DNA of 64,000 nt from Ancylonema sp. (Eukaryota), in contig JBFLGF010000124.1 of assembly GCA_050230475.1 (NCBI GenBank), forward strand, positions 1 to 64,000, read 5' to 3'. A program made the translations under genes and the position numbers. Shown one piece after another: positions 35,805 through 48,690 of the stretch. Under the pieces are notes generated by a model that was not told the origin of the DNA, did no database searches, and worked only from the letters and a program-made list of their open reading frames with translations. Position 1 is the stretch's first letter. Each line of letters opens with the position of its first letter.

Positions 35805-37149
35805 ATGGATACGTCGTCAGCCTTCTTCACTACGGAGCGTAATCCAGACACCTGCACTGAAGCTCTTGACAAAACAATACGGGTGTATCGGCTACCAGAA
35901 CGCAGGCTTTACATTTCAGATGGCTCCACTAGTCGATATTTTCGGTCATGGCTGCTCTTGGCATCGAGTGCTCTGATGGTCACTCAAGTCGCAGGAGCAC
36001 GGGGATTGGACGAAGTGTTTGTGATAAGGCTGTACGGCACCAATGAAATTGGACATCCGGGTGACCCGGATGGAAGAGGCGACGCGCGTTTGAATTTTGA
36101 TGCCAGCAGTGACACGTGCTTCTTCGAAATCAGGTGATACTTCTGTGTTCAGGGAAATGAAAGCAGCGACGGTTTAGGTCCTGGTACGTCAGAGTCACTA
36201 CTTTTTTGTATGTCGCCGGTATAGTTGTATGTCACGATGTACCTACGGGATTTTGCCTCCAATATATTTGTTTATTATGCTGAGAACCTCCTGTGAAAAC
36301 ATTATCGATATGTTGTCGTATGCTCCAGCAACGAGATGAGCTTCACAAAGGACCCCTTTTTCTGATAACTCGTTCTTTGTTATTCCGCAGTCTTTCTGGT
36401 ATAACCGAGCCAACTCATATCGGCATCCTGAACGGCGGCCCCCTCGATACTTCTGGCTCTGGTATCTATGCTGAAAGCGGCACAATGGTTACGCTGATGT
36501 CAGCAGCCCCAAGGGTTGATAGCTCCGGGTACGGAAGATATCACATCACCGGATCCTCCGCCATCCCCGACTACATCATCGCGGACGTCACTAGCAAGCC
36601 AGGGGAGTACTACATGCAAGTGTGGACTTCAGAATATGAATACGGTGAGGGATACCCTCCATTGTGGGGTCCAGATTCAGGGCAGCCGACATGCATGTCA
36701 TCGCATCGACGCACACTTACATTCATGAGAGGATACGAGCTATAATTTCTCTGTCGTTCCACTTTTTAAACAACCCGAGTTTTTCCGTGTGTCCAGGGGC
36801 GGTACGGGCCCAGCTCCAAGATGAGACCAGCGGAGTGGCGGTGACGTACAGCGACAGTTCCCTCGACAACTGGTCGGGAACCGCATCCAACGCCGCAAAG
36901 GCCTCCGTCATATCCGCGGCCAAAGATCCGACTTGGGAGGCATCCATTGTCGGTTCTCAATCCAGAGACCCGACCGCAGCTTCTCAGATCCAAAATCCAG
37001 CATCAAGTTCAGATGGATCGCTGGCTGGCCGAGCTCAAACCCTTCAACGGAATCCGGACGGAGTGTATTTTCTACCCGCTCACAACTCCGTACGTGCTAT
37101 CTTACCGGACCGCTCTCAACGGAAGGGGCTCGCAAGATACCTACCGTGA
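35805..37149 (+). CDS. Secreted CHRD-domain-like protein, paralogue 1; exons 35805-36133, 36391-36644, 36797-37149
   Basis: Hydrophobic leader, then LYGTNE..PGDPDGRGDA, GITEP, KPGEYYMQVWT..Y.YGAVRAQL (CHRD pattern); canonical in-frame splice sites. Confidence 0.75.
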
Positions 37150-38007
37150 CTCTACGACGCATTACGTGAGTTTAGTGTAAACACGTAGGCTTTATTCATT
37201 TAGATGTATGGTTTATTGTCGGTTACCTTATTACTTTAGGAATCGTTGGACTTAGTAACCTAGGATTGACAAGAATATAGTGGACGTCGAATTTTATATT
37301 GCACTTACCTCCAATTTTTATTATTGTCAACATATCAAAAGTATTGGACGCGATTCCGTTTGTCGCATTTTCCAAAAAATGTAAAAATGTCAATAAAACA
37401 TGTGCGCAATTTGTTGCTGCGCCGCGTTTTTCAAGTATAACAAATGCGAGCGTCCTTATGTAAATGATCGAGTATGTGAAGTTCGCCGTTTGTTTCTGGG
37501 AAGGACCCCACCTCTGAAATAGCACATATCAAAAAACAAATAGGGAATTTAGACGACGATGCTAAGATAAATCACCCCCATCCAACATGTACTAAGCACC
37601 ATTGGGCACAATTGGGTGTGCAATGTGCCTTATTTGCCAATATTTTTTATATGGTGCCACTCATTTCAAATTCCGTTAGTAAAATCCGTTACACATTATA
37701 TAACGAAATTTTCCCGCATTCAATTTTATCATAACGAGGGCTTACTTTATTTATTATTTCCATTGAAGTCGAAAAACAAATACTGCGCAAGTCATGACCC
37801 CTAATACAAAATGTTGCCGCGATACACCGACTCGATACACCTAGATTCCAGTGTAGACGTTATCGACATCAGGAGAGAAAATCCGATGATATAGACATGA
37901 CATGAAAAAATTGCGCATCAAAATAGAGCTCGACTTTAGCACCGTTGATTTTGTTGCATCGTATGCGGAACGAAACGGCTCAATTTTGTCGTTTGCGCAT
38001 CGGATTA

Positions 38008-38668
38008 CCCGTACTGGGCACCCTAAATGATTTCTGTTTTTCAAAAATTAATTATTTTCGTAAATGTTTTTTCAAAATGATCCAGGGATTCCGTTAGGTA
38101 TTATCGATGATTTCTGGTAATGATTCCATGAATCCTTTAGTTATTATCATTGATTTTTGGGGATGATTCCGGATTGTAGGAATAAAAAGCGTAATAGATT
38201 TCCTTGTTTAGGAATTTAAAATCAAACGATTTGTCCTTATCTGGGTCATTCTTACATATTTACTGTACATTTTGACGTCACAAGTGCACGTTGCAAGCAC
38301 TCGTTCTAGTCGCGATATCTCGACCGGTCACAATTTTGTCGTTATGGATGGTCTTAATTTGTCGTGTAGCGCGTCTAGTCGGCATTATTTCCCATATTGT
38401 GGGACTTCAGTGCCCGGCACGTAATTTCTGACGTCGTAAATATCACTCGTCCAAAACTGTCCTTTTGCACGTGCCTACTTTGTCGTATACCCAGTTTCAT
38501 CACATCAAGAGTCACATCCAGGTGACCTTAAATTTCCCGTAAATGATTATTAAAACGGGATTTATTGATGATTTTGAGTATCCTTTTTTAACCATTTAGT
38601 AATTAATTTAAATGATTACTTTCGGGTTTCAATAATTAATTAAAAACCATTTACGGTGCCCTATACGG
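38008..38668. mobile_element. Tc1/mariner-like MITE
   Basis: Imperfect TIRs CCGTACTGGGCACCCTAAATG / CATTTACGGTGCCCTATACGG; TA on both flanks. Confidence 0.6.
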
Positions 38669-39021
38669 TACATCCGATCGCACCAATGGGCAGGTTTCAC
38701 CTAAATTGACAGCTGTTAATTGGCAGGCGCTTTCAAGCGGTCAGCTCGGTTTTATCGTCGCGTGCCAAACATGGGAAGCACCGTACAGAGTCCCTTGAGA
38801 GCTGGTCTGCTCGCCCCATGCATCGGAAAATACACCGCGGTCTCACGTCAACTGAGACGATCATCTGACAGAAGTATCATATGCAAAGGTAAAAGAAAAC
38901 GTCCAAAATTTCATTGATCAAAATTTTATTCACCACGGATTCTCCTCCCCGCACGCGAGTAAGGTTTATCGGTCAGGACCTGCGTGTTGATAGACGCACT
39001 CGAGAAACCAGAAATTACACG

Positions 39022-40189
39022 ATGGCATCAAAAAAATGTGTTTCTTCTCGTTCTTACTTCTATGTCGCTTTCATCATTGCTTTTGCGGCCTGTCAGATGA
39101 GCTTCTGTCCAGCATTCGTAAAATCCCAGTCTTCCGAGAATGCCATTCAGACAATTTATTTGGTTAAACTATGGGGCGCAAATGAGGTCCGGGCACCTGG
39201 AGACCCTGTGGCATCTGGGGATGCAAAATTGAGCTTCGACCCTACACGCTCAGCGGTATCTTTCGACATTCAGTAAGGGCACTATGCCTCTCTGAACATT
39301 CGTAATCAGTATGTCGACATGCTATATTCATCTTTGACCGGAAACCGGTATCATCCTCGAGCCTGATTTTATATTTCAAGCCATTTAATAAATATCGAAA
39401 AACAGGATACCCATGATTCTGAATGCTGTCGTTTTTATAGCTTCTGTTGATGTGGTATACAATGAAGGACACAAGTGAACATCGCCAATGCAGTTCTTGC
39501 GTCAGATTCGATTTACTTTCTCTGATGGGTCTGTCTCACGCCTCCATAGGCGGGCATTCTTCGCCATAAAATATAACAATGTCTCAAAATGCGCGTGTAT
39601 AAACCAGTGACAAGTGTTCCCCATTTTTTTCGGCAGTTTGAAAAGGATACGAGAGGTCCTCAACGTAACCCTTCAATACGGCACCGCCACCGACAACTAC
39701 GGGACAGGTGATACAACAAACTTCATCGACCGGGGCTCATCGACGATGGTGTCATTTATGACGGGAGCTACTCGTATCATCACCCTAAGTCCTGGAGAAT
39801 ACAGAATTTATGGCACCAGGGGAATGAAAGAGGAGCTTCTCGGCCAGATCACGACATTTCCAAACCTCTATTATCTTCAGATATCAACAATCAATTATCC
39901 TTTGGGTGAGTCACTCTACTATACTGATCGGGCATTTCAGGCATTGTTGTATGACAATTATGTATATAAAAAAAAGTGGAAATTCATGCTCAATAAACGA
40001 TATTGACTTCCGAACGCAGGTGCCGTTCGAGGAAGTCTGAGCTATCCCGACTCATCGTATGGCGCAACAATCAGCGATTCAAACTACAACAACTGGAATG
40101 GTGTTAGTTTGAGCCAAGGAAAGGGGGATGCTGCAGTTAATGGAATAAAAAGCACCGTTGTGATTGGGAAAAATGTTAAACTTCCTTAA
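39022..40189 (+). CDS. Secreted CHRD-domain-like protein, paralogue 2; exons 39022-39272, 39637-39905, 40020-40189
   Basis: Signal-like FYVAFIIAFAAC; LWGANEVRAPGDPVASGDA; FPNLYYLQISTINYPLGAVRGSL; intron positions and phases match paralogue 1. Confidence 0.75.
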
Positions 40190-40728
40190 GCCCACCAAAG
40201 CACTTTAGATAAAACCATTGAAGATTTGGTGAAAATTAGCATGGTTTGTTGCCTTTAGGCATGAAATCTTTATTTTTTTTATTACGATTAGGGAGGTGAC
40301 GAGTATTTACATGTTATGATTTCTTTTTTTTCCATGTTATGGTCACATTTCGGGAGCTCAATATATTTCGGTTTCACGTCACCTAGTGTATTGTATCTCG
40401 CATATCCGCCTCGATAAAGTGGCGTGTCTCGCTTCAACAAGAACCGATTTTGTTGTATAAAAAAATATGCGCATAAGGAAGACATAAACATCACGTCGAG
40501 CGAGTATATTTTGAGAACGAGTAGATGTCATTTTCCTTCCTGCAATTGCACGAATTTTGAATACTTGAATTCATCATTCTTTTCATCAAGACGTCATACA
40601 TCTATGTCGTCGGTGTTATTTCCGGTACCTAAGACATTCGGCCGAGTTTTTCGATTACCAAACGTGGTATAAAAAAACAACAAAAATGCATATGAAATTC
40701 CGTGATTTTTTTTTATAATTTATTTTTT

Positions 40729-40729
<1 letters not shown>

Positions 40730-40768
<39 letters not shown>
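40730..40768. repeat. (GT)n microsatellite
   Basis: About 19 GT units. Confidence 0.9.
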
Positions 40769-40771
<3 letters not shown>

Positions 40772-42132
40772 TGTAGCACTTTGTAAAGCTTATGCTGTTT
40801 TGTACAATCATATCGATCACATCGATGTCAGATAGCGCGAACTTATCGCATTTGACTTACATAAAATATGGAAGTCGCGTTGTTGATATCGCATTAAGTT
40901 ATTTCTAGAATGTGCCAGACCATTTGAGTGTTGAATGTACTCAGATTCAAAAACACAAGAGAGCTAGGAAACATATTTACCGCAACTACGGAAATTATAC
41001 ATATTTATATTTAACCTTTATTGATCGGCAAATATTGTCCCTTTATCAAAGGATTACGCACTTGAAACAACAATGAGTTAATTTTATCAATATTGCACCA
41101 ACTTTCGTAACATGGCTATTTCGATACATCCATACAACACCAACACATGTCCCTTCATATAGAGGTAGGTCAATCAAAGAATAAGCGGACCTATTTGCGT
41201 TGACGAAACGTATATAACGCATAACTTTCTACACAATGATGGACCACATCTAGTCTTTGCCCGTACGATACACTGAAGGAGAGGAGGTCTAACGAAACTC
41301 ACGGGTCAAAACTCGATAAACACAACAATCAGTGTGATTGTTGGCAAAGCTTTTTAGCATGTCCTTACAGCAGTGGTATAATATGCTTATATTATAATAC
41401 ATTTGTCATCGTGAGAAAACACTAACGTGGCCGGGTGATTTAGAGGTGAGCTACTGTAAAGTACGGCTTTGGTGGTGAGCGCGTGTAGCTTTTGTTGAGC
41501 GTGCTTTATTTGGTGTGGCCTTCTGCAACGACATATGTGTGAGAAAACATTATAAATACGCTACAATGATAACCAAACGGATCATATGAAGTATGTGATG
41601 TCTACGGGGTGAACAGTAGTAACAAGTTAAACTTGTATTATTACTCACCTTGGCTATCCAAATGACAATAAATCAGCTACAAGAGTTGATGCATTGATGA
41701 TAAGTACAAAATGTTACTAGTGGTCGTACATTCATTAAAAAAATGTTTCTGGTCATTACGGGACAAGACGTGGCCTCTAGGCTATACAGATTATTGTCAA
41801 AGGGGACTACCTTTTGCATCAAACATCTTACCCTTGTATAATTGACTATTAATAACCCAAGGTATGAAGATGAGTAACACAACAAAAAATTTCGAGCCAG
41901 TATTAAGCTTCCGCCCCGCTGCCGAACCCCGTTTCGAGCGGGCTTGCTCCGCTTTTTCCACAGGGCATCAATGATCCCGAACGGCCCGTTTGGAACGGGG
42001 CAAGGCCAACTACGATGCGGTCTCGAGGTAATTCTGAGCGCAGATGTAGCTTAGCGATCGTAATGAGCGCATAATTCCGCGTACGAATGAAGCTCCACTC
42101 AAGACAATCTGCGCTCTCATAATCGCCTAATT

Positions 42133-43633
42133 TAGTGTGCGGGGAGCCTAAAGGGGTCTATGCGCTCCGGGTCCGAGCCTAAATGTCGAATCCATGAAGA
42201 AAGCGGGAAGTAAACGGATATTACGGCCAGATGTAACTACGAACAAAGATAATCTTAAAATCAAGCTGCCCTCGATTCTCATCCGCAAACATTTGTGCTT
42301 GAATCCTGTTTCGAGAAAGTTCTTCACCAATCTCAGTTTCGAACTATCGCCTCCATATACGAGAGGTTAGTGAGGACAGACTTGTGTAGAAACCCTAATA
42401 TATCCACAGTGGGAAGAACATCCAATTGTGGGAGACCTCGGACACCCTAATATATTTGATCCGGAGCTTGTAGATGATTTACTGACAATGCAAGAGTAGG
42501 CGCAAAATGAAAGTGCACGTGAAAGCATCTTACAACAGGCGTCGGAAAAGTAAATGTGGGACAATCATTTTAATAAACGACCAAAACTCGATGGGTCAGG
42601 TTACGAAATAAAATAAATTAAAGGTCTTATCAGGCAGTTTGTAGTTTGTGATTACTGCGCTCCAAAGTCTGCATAGGCTGATTGCAAATAAGGCTAGGAT
42701 TACTTAGGTGTTTATTGCGCGCAGTATCTAAGGACTCCTTAGGGCCGATGGATATTTGTGATGCATTTTTGGTTTAGGGGGTCGCATTCCCGATTTGATG
42801 GAAATAAAATTTGGATCAAAATTGTGGGGTTTTGTTTTTTATTTTTACGTGGCTTCAAAAAGTATATAAATCTCATTCTACTCTTTTGTTTTTTTCGTAG
42901 AATGTTTGCGACGTGAGCCATTATAAGGGTAGTGATGTGGGTATGGAAATGTAGAGAAATGCCCTTAAAAACTAATCGCTATATAAGAAATGCTCGTGGC
43001 CTATATCGCATGATGTGATATCTCCCGAAGGACATGGCGGTGATATTGATGATGAATACATGGGTGAATTATGCACACGACAGCAATTCCGTTATGTTCA
43101 ACATTTATAATGGTAGTGTGCGTCATGTCAACAATGAGAGTATAGTGGATCCAATTGTAAACAAGCGCGAAGTTATGGAAGAAAGGTGGCCTCATACAAA
43201 CATCATATTTTTATAAATTTAGTGGAAATATTATTTAACCACCGAACATAAATAATTGCATAAATAATTACTTTATTAACGATCTTTACATCAAGCGATC
43301 GCATCTCACTAATAACTAAGATTATAATAAAATTATATAATTTATACGACAACAATCATTAACTAACAATCAACAAATACACATAACACTCTCATAATTG
43401 TACATAGATGATGTGTCTCAGCTGTAAACTTTATGTCCTCGAATAAAGGTTGATTATATCCATGTTATTTTATTTTCTCATTTTTTTCGTTTTCTTTTTT
43501 AAAATTTGGGCTCCGAGCCGGGCTCCGGGCTCCGGGTCGGCTCCGAGCCGGGCTCCGGGCTCCGGGTCAGCTCCGAGCTCTCGGCTCGATTTCTCGGCTC
43601 CGAAATGGGTTCCGCTGGGCTCCCCGCACACTA
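42133..43633. mobile_element. Non-autonomous hAT element (~1.5 kb), same family as 28656-29052
   Basis: TIRs TAGTGTGCGGGGAGCC / GGCTCCCCGCACACTA; 8-bp TSD GCCTAATT / GCCTCATT; GGCTCCG arrays at ~43509-43620. Confidence 0.88.
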
Positions 43634-43645
43634 GCCTCATTATTA

Positions 43646-44235
43646 GAGCATCAACTATGGTCGGACTACTCGGGCCGGACTACTATTTGCGCCACGAACC
43701 GGGTCGAATCTGGTCGAATTTCCCGTACTATGGTCCGGACTAGACAACTTTCGAGGACTACGAGTTGTCCTTTTTAAAGCGCCATGACAACTTCTAGGCG
43801 ATGTTGTCCGCAAGGACTACTGAGTAGTCCTTCAAACTAACGAATCAGAGGCGCTGCGATGACGCGGCCCAGATCTTGTCGAAAAAAATAAACGACCGCG
43901 ATGAACATCCTGGTGACGATTCGAAAAAGTAAAACATTGACGGACGGATGTTGACGAATTCTGAGCGACAAAACCCGTCGTACGTTGCGATCTAATTTTA
44001 CGACCTCAAACGAGCCACATCTACATTTTCCTAAGCGGATCTAAGGATTGACGGCCACGATGCTCCGCCTGACGCAAAATTGCTGAGGTGGCAGTAGTCC
44101 GCGATCTAGTCCCTGACCATAGTGCGGCGACAAAAATTGGCGAGCCAATGCCCCGATGACAGCTAGTCTGCGAGGACAACTCGGGCGGTTAACCTGGACT
44201 ACTCGTCGAGTTGTCCGACCATAGTTGATTAGCCT
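43646..44235. mobile_element. MITE, possibly PIF/Harbinger-like
   Basis: Inverted termini ATCAACTATGGTCGGAC / GTCCGACCATAGTTGAT; internal GGACTAC repeats; TTA on the left flank. Confidence 0.65.
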
Positions 44236-44517
44236 CATTGACGTTCTTGGATAAAGCCTACGCTCATGACTCATGTGGGGACTCATGAGTCATGAGCGCA
44301 TGATCCTGCAGTCCTGCGCTCCCTGATCTCCAGCATGCGCAAGTGAGATGGCACCATGAGGACAACATTCCTGACAGAACTATTCGTAAGAGTGTAATGA
44401 AGACCGCTGTTACGTCAGAGGTGCAAGTACGTTAGCGCAGCATGCTTGCAACAGCATGCTGCGCTGCGCTGTTGTCGGTGAATATTGATTTTGTCGAGGG
44501 GAGGGGGAAGCTGCACG

Positions 44518-44895
44518 ATGGTGTCGGCTGCAAAGGTCGCTTTAGGGTGTGCGAGTTTCTTAGTTTTTATTGCGATAGCAGTTTTCCCTTCCGTGCCGTT
44601 CCTTCCTGTCGGACGAACAACCGGGACTCTCTTAAGCGCATCACTGATGGTTATCTTGAGGGTCTTGACTCCAGACGAAGCTTTTGCGGCAATAGACCTT
44701 TCAGGTGATCATGCCTGCTGGTCAGAATCAGGCTTTGAGGCTTTCCACGGTGCTTTTGCTTCGAGCGGAGCTCTGTTACGCCAAGTTGAAGTTTCTAGAT
44801 CAATTCAACTGCGTTCATACTATGCGATCACATTTTCGATCTTATGCTTTTATGATTTTTTGATTCTCCATGATTTTTTACTTTTATGGTGTTTC

Positions 44896-44932
<37 letters not shown>

Positions 44933-47900
44933 TGCTGTGTTTCCTTTTGTAGTTTCACTTGCGTTGGTTCTTTTCACCTAGTTTTGTTGATTTGATTTTG
45001 TCAACAATCGCATATCCGACTCTTCCATATGATGGTCATCTCTGGGGCACTCGGTACTGCATTTACTGCATTTATGTACTGCATGTACTGCACTCGGTAC
45101 TCGGTACTGTTTATTTTGTGCTGTAGTAAAAATAACTTTGTTTGAAGGTGGAGATGGCGCGAACGCTTTTCATGCTTTCGATTCATAATATTAAGAAACC
45201 TTTTTATGTAACTGCCAACCAGTTCTGGTCTCGGAGGGGGTGGTAAACAAAAACTACTTCCTTACATTTTCTCATCTTCTTCCTGTCATGGCCCTTCTTT
45301 TGGGCAGGATGGTGGTGTGTGCTTTCTTGGAGAGAGCTGATTTTTTCAAGGTGAGTTCCTTTCACCTCGTATAAAAGGACGTCCTCATCAGTGACCATTT
45401 TTGTAGGTTTGGAAGCCTATTTATAGTCTGAAATAAAAAGGGGAAGAGAAAACGAGATCAGTAAATATTCCATTCAGCTTCAACACCCAAACGAACAGAC
45501 TGTACATACAGTCTGTTCAGTCTGAAGATTTGCGCTTGTTTGGCACCTCCAGCACCCGGAAAACCAGCTCAGAACCAACAGAGACAGTTCTGGAAATATT
45601 ATGAATCTCTTCAACCGATTCGTACTGAGACATCATGATGGTGGGGATGTCTGTTGAACAGACGGTCATGGTCATGGCTTGAAAGAAATAAATATCACAC
45701 CTGGCTGTGGTGCTTTCAGTATGTGGAGTATCTCCTATCCTGGCGCTGCCAAGGAGGATGCGACCTTCTCTGCCGACTCTGCTTCATGGCTGGTGTCCTT
45801 AGTGCGCTTCTCACAAACAACGGAACCTGTGTTCTGCTGACTTCTTTCGTTCTCGATCTCTGCAAGCGTCAGAACCTTGCCCCTCAGCCTTTCTTGATGG
45901 CACTCGCAACGAGTTCGAATATAGGATCCGCTGCGACACCCATCGGCAACCCTCAAAACGTGATCATCGCACTGCAGGGCAACGTCTCGTTTGGGAAGTT
46001 TTTGGGCGGAATGATAGCGCCTGTCACTGTTGGTCTCGCTGCAAACACAACGCTTCTGTTACTCCTGTACTGGCGCAAATTGAGACGGTCGGATATTCAA
46101 GAAATTCACCCGACTCACGCCAGGAATGAATCCAACCCAAAAGAAGGACCAAACAGGGCGGTCACCCTGCCACTCTCGTCTCCTAATGAACCTCCTGCAA
46201 CAACCTCAGTGGCTTGTCAAGTGCACAGCCCTGCAGCTGTTGCAGCTGCAAGACTAGAAGAAGGGGTAGGCAACGAGATATCTCGGCATGAGAGTCTTCT
46301 GGCTGCATTGAACAGTCTCACTCATTCAGGAACATGTAAGACAGACGTGAACGAAGATTTCTAGGTTGCTGCTATGCCGTCTGGGAGACGCACAGCAGGT
46401 CGTCTCTCCGAAGGGTCCGGACAGTTGGGGGGCGAGCAGGGGAGGAATGGTGGCGACCTTCTTGATGAAAGAAGTCGCTCCAGTCGTTGTGATTCGCATA
46501 CAAGTGGGAGGGAAGGCAGTTCTACACGAGAGCAGTCGTTTTGCAGGAATGTGAATGATCTTGGGACAGGGAGAGGGAGTAGTAGAAGAAGGTCGTTGCA
46601 GGAGGGGGCAGCTGGACAATCTTTTGCACCTGGGACATGCCCCTGCCACGTGGCTCCCCATTGCGACGTCGCGAGGGAGGAATTTGATGAGCCTCTGGTT
46701 GGTAGTAGCAGGAGGGTGTTCGGAGTGAGGAGGAAGACTTTTTCTTCTATCTGTGTCTATGTCGTCACACTCAGCATGCTAGTCTGTCTCCTCCTGGGAC
46801 TCAACTTGCCTTGGGTAGCTGTTTCTGCTGCGGTTCTCATGCTGTGCCTGGACTTCAGGGACGGCCAAGATATGCTGGATAAGGTGAGGCACAGCACATG
46901 GGGGTCGTTAAATCGTACGTAGGCAAGGTTGTGTGGTGCTTTGTGCTGGCATGATGCATCAAACGTTCTTGCTGGGAGGGCGACATCACTAGGATTCAGA
47001 TCAGAAGCTAAGACTAGAGTTGATGACTTGATGAGTAGAGTTGTTAATGCTCGTAGGCCTTTTTTAAGTGCATTACGTTCTCCTGCTGGTCGACCTGCAG
47101 TCACATAAGTTTGCTTGCTGCTCATCAAGACAGCTGTTGTCTGGCCAAGCATCAGCCTCTGTCTCACCCCTTGACCAAGGTTGACCACCTGATGAGGCAC
47201 AGTAAATGAACAGGAGGATGGAGATTCCCCCCCCCTGCTGCTGTGTGCTGGGTGCTGTGTGCAGGTATCCTACTCTTTGCTTCTCTTCTTTGTGGGCATG
47301 TTCATCTCTGTGCAAGGATTCAACGCCACAGAGTTGCCACGTCAGCTTTGGGATGCAGTGAGTGCACACGCCATGCTGTCCAGCGTGGCGGGAACTGCTG
47401 TGCTGTCAGCCATCATTCTGGTGCTCTCAAACGTGGCCTCCAACGTGCCCACAGGTATGTAGTTTTTTTTTTTTTTTTTTTTGGGTGTTGTTGTTTGTGT
47501 TGTTGTTGTCCCCCTTTCTGCCTGACAGAGATTCCCATCTGGGCGCATAACTGCCCTCTGGTCATGCCATGCCAAAACACAAACAAACTTCTCGTCAGAC
47601 TTCTGGCTGTCTCGTCTTCAATTCATGTAATACCATTGAGGGTGCCAGCGTCGACATGTTTTCTGATGATGGTAGAAAGGCTTACAGTGTTGGAATGTCA
47701 ATGAGAATACTGACCGATTGACCTCCCCTGCCCCCCCGGTGTGTACATCAGTGCTGCTGCTTGGGCCCCTCCTGGCTGCTTCTGCAGCCGCCACACCAGG
47801 TGTCAGCGTGACACGGGCCTGGCTTGTCCTTTCCTGGGTCAGCACAGTCGCCGGTAACTTTATGATGTTGGGGTCTGCGGCCAACCTGATCGTCAGCGAA

Positions 47901-48074
47901 CAAGCAAGTCGAGCTGCCAATAACAGCTACCGCCTCTCCTTCTGGAACCATTTGAGGTTTGGTATACCACCAGCATCGAGTGCAACCACGTTTAATTTGA
48001 CCTTGATGGTTTATATTGCGTGTCTTTTTTTCGAGAACCGTGTGATATTACGCGGTTCATCAAGGAAAAATTAA
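44518..48074 (+). CDS. LSI2: Lsi2-like silicon efflux transporter (ArsB/CitMHS family); exons ~44518-44704, 45223-45350, 45720-46883 (internal TAG or extra intron), 47265-47454, 47752-48074
   Basis: [93 protein letters not shown]. Confidence 0.9.
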
Positions 48075-48356
48075 GAATTCTTCCGGAGTATGTGAAAATG
48101 GACATCGATGGCCCCGAATCGACCATACTACGAGGTATATATTTTTTAGGTTTTGTTTCTGTGTTCTCGCTGGGAAGGATGGTGCAAACTCAATGAACTA
48201 TATAACCGAATCTAAAATACCAATACAATGCAAGTAAATGACAACGACATAGCAAACATAGGTCATTAAAAAAAAAAACATCTCCCATGATTCATCCTAT
48301 CGAAAGATGGAATCTACACTCCACACTCTATCATACAACCAATAAGAGGGTGTATT

Positions 48357-48690
48357 TAGGGTTGTGAAATTACCATAATTACCGTAAATGGGATTTTCAC
48401 CACGTAATTACCGACCACACATTACGTGATTATGCGTAAACCGCGTGACTCGTAATTTGGGAAGCGTCACTTTACCCTCGGCTAATTTAACCACGAAATT
48501 TGGGCGAAATGTCGATATCAAGCCGGGATTTTCAATTTCACATGTATGGAAACCAATATACGTATGTTTATATTACATACGCTCGATTTACGAAAATTTT
48601 ATGTTACGATGTGTACGGTTATGTACGGTATGTGTACAATTACACTTACATTACGATTTTGCCCCAGGTAACGGCAATTCTGAATCCTTC
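48357..48690. mobile_element. Degenerate MITE related to 27414-27670
   Basis: Shares the terminus TAGGGTTGT and an internal block with the 27.4-kb copy. Confidence 0.5.

Noticed and set aside
42160..43300. hAT transposase remnant inside the 1.5-kb element
   Set aside because: No convincing DDE, BED or dimerisation motifs by eye.
43500..43625. GGCTCCG(A/G) array resembling a CRISPR or peptide repeat
   Set aside because: No unique spacers and a eukaryotic context; these are subterminal repeats of the hAT element.
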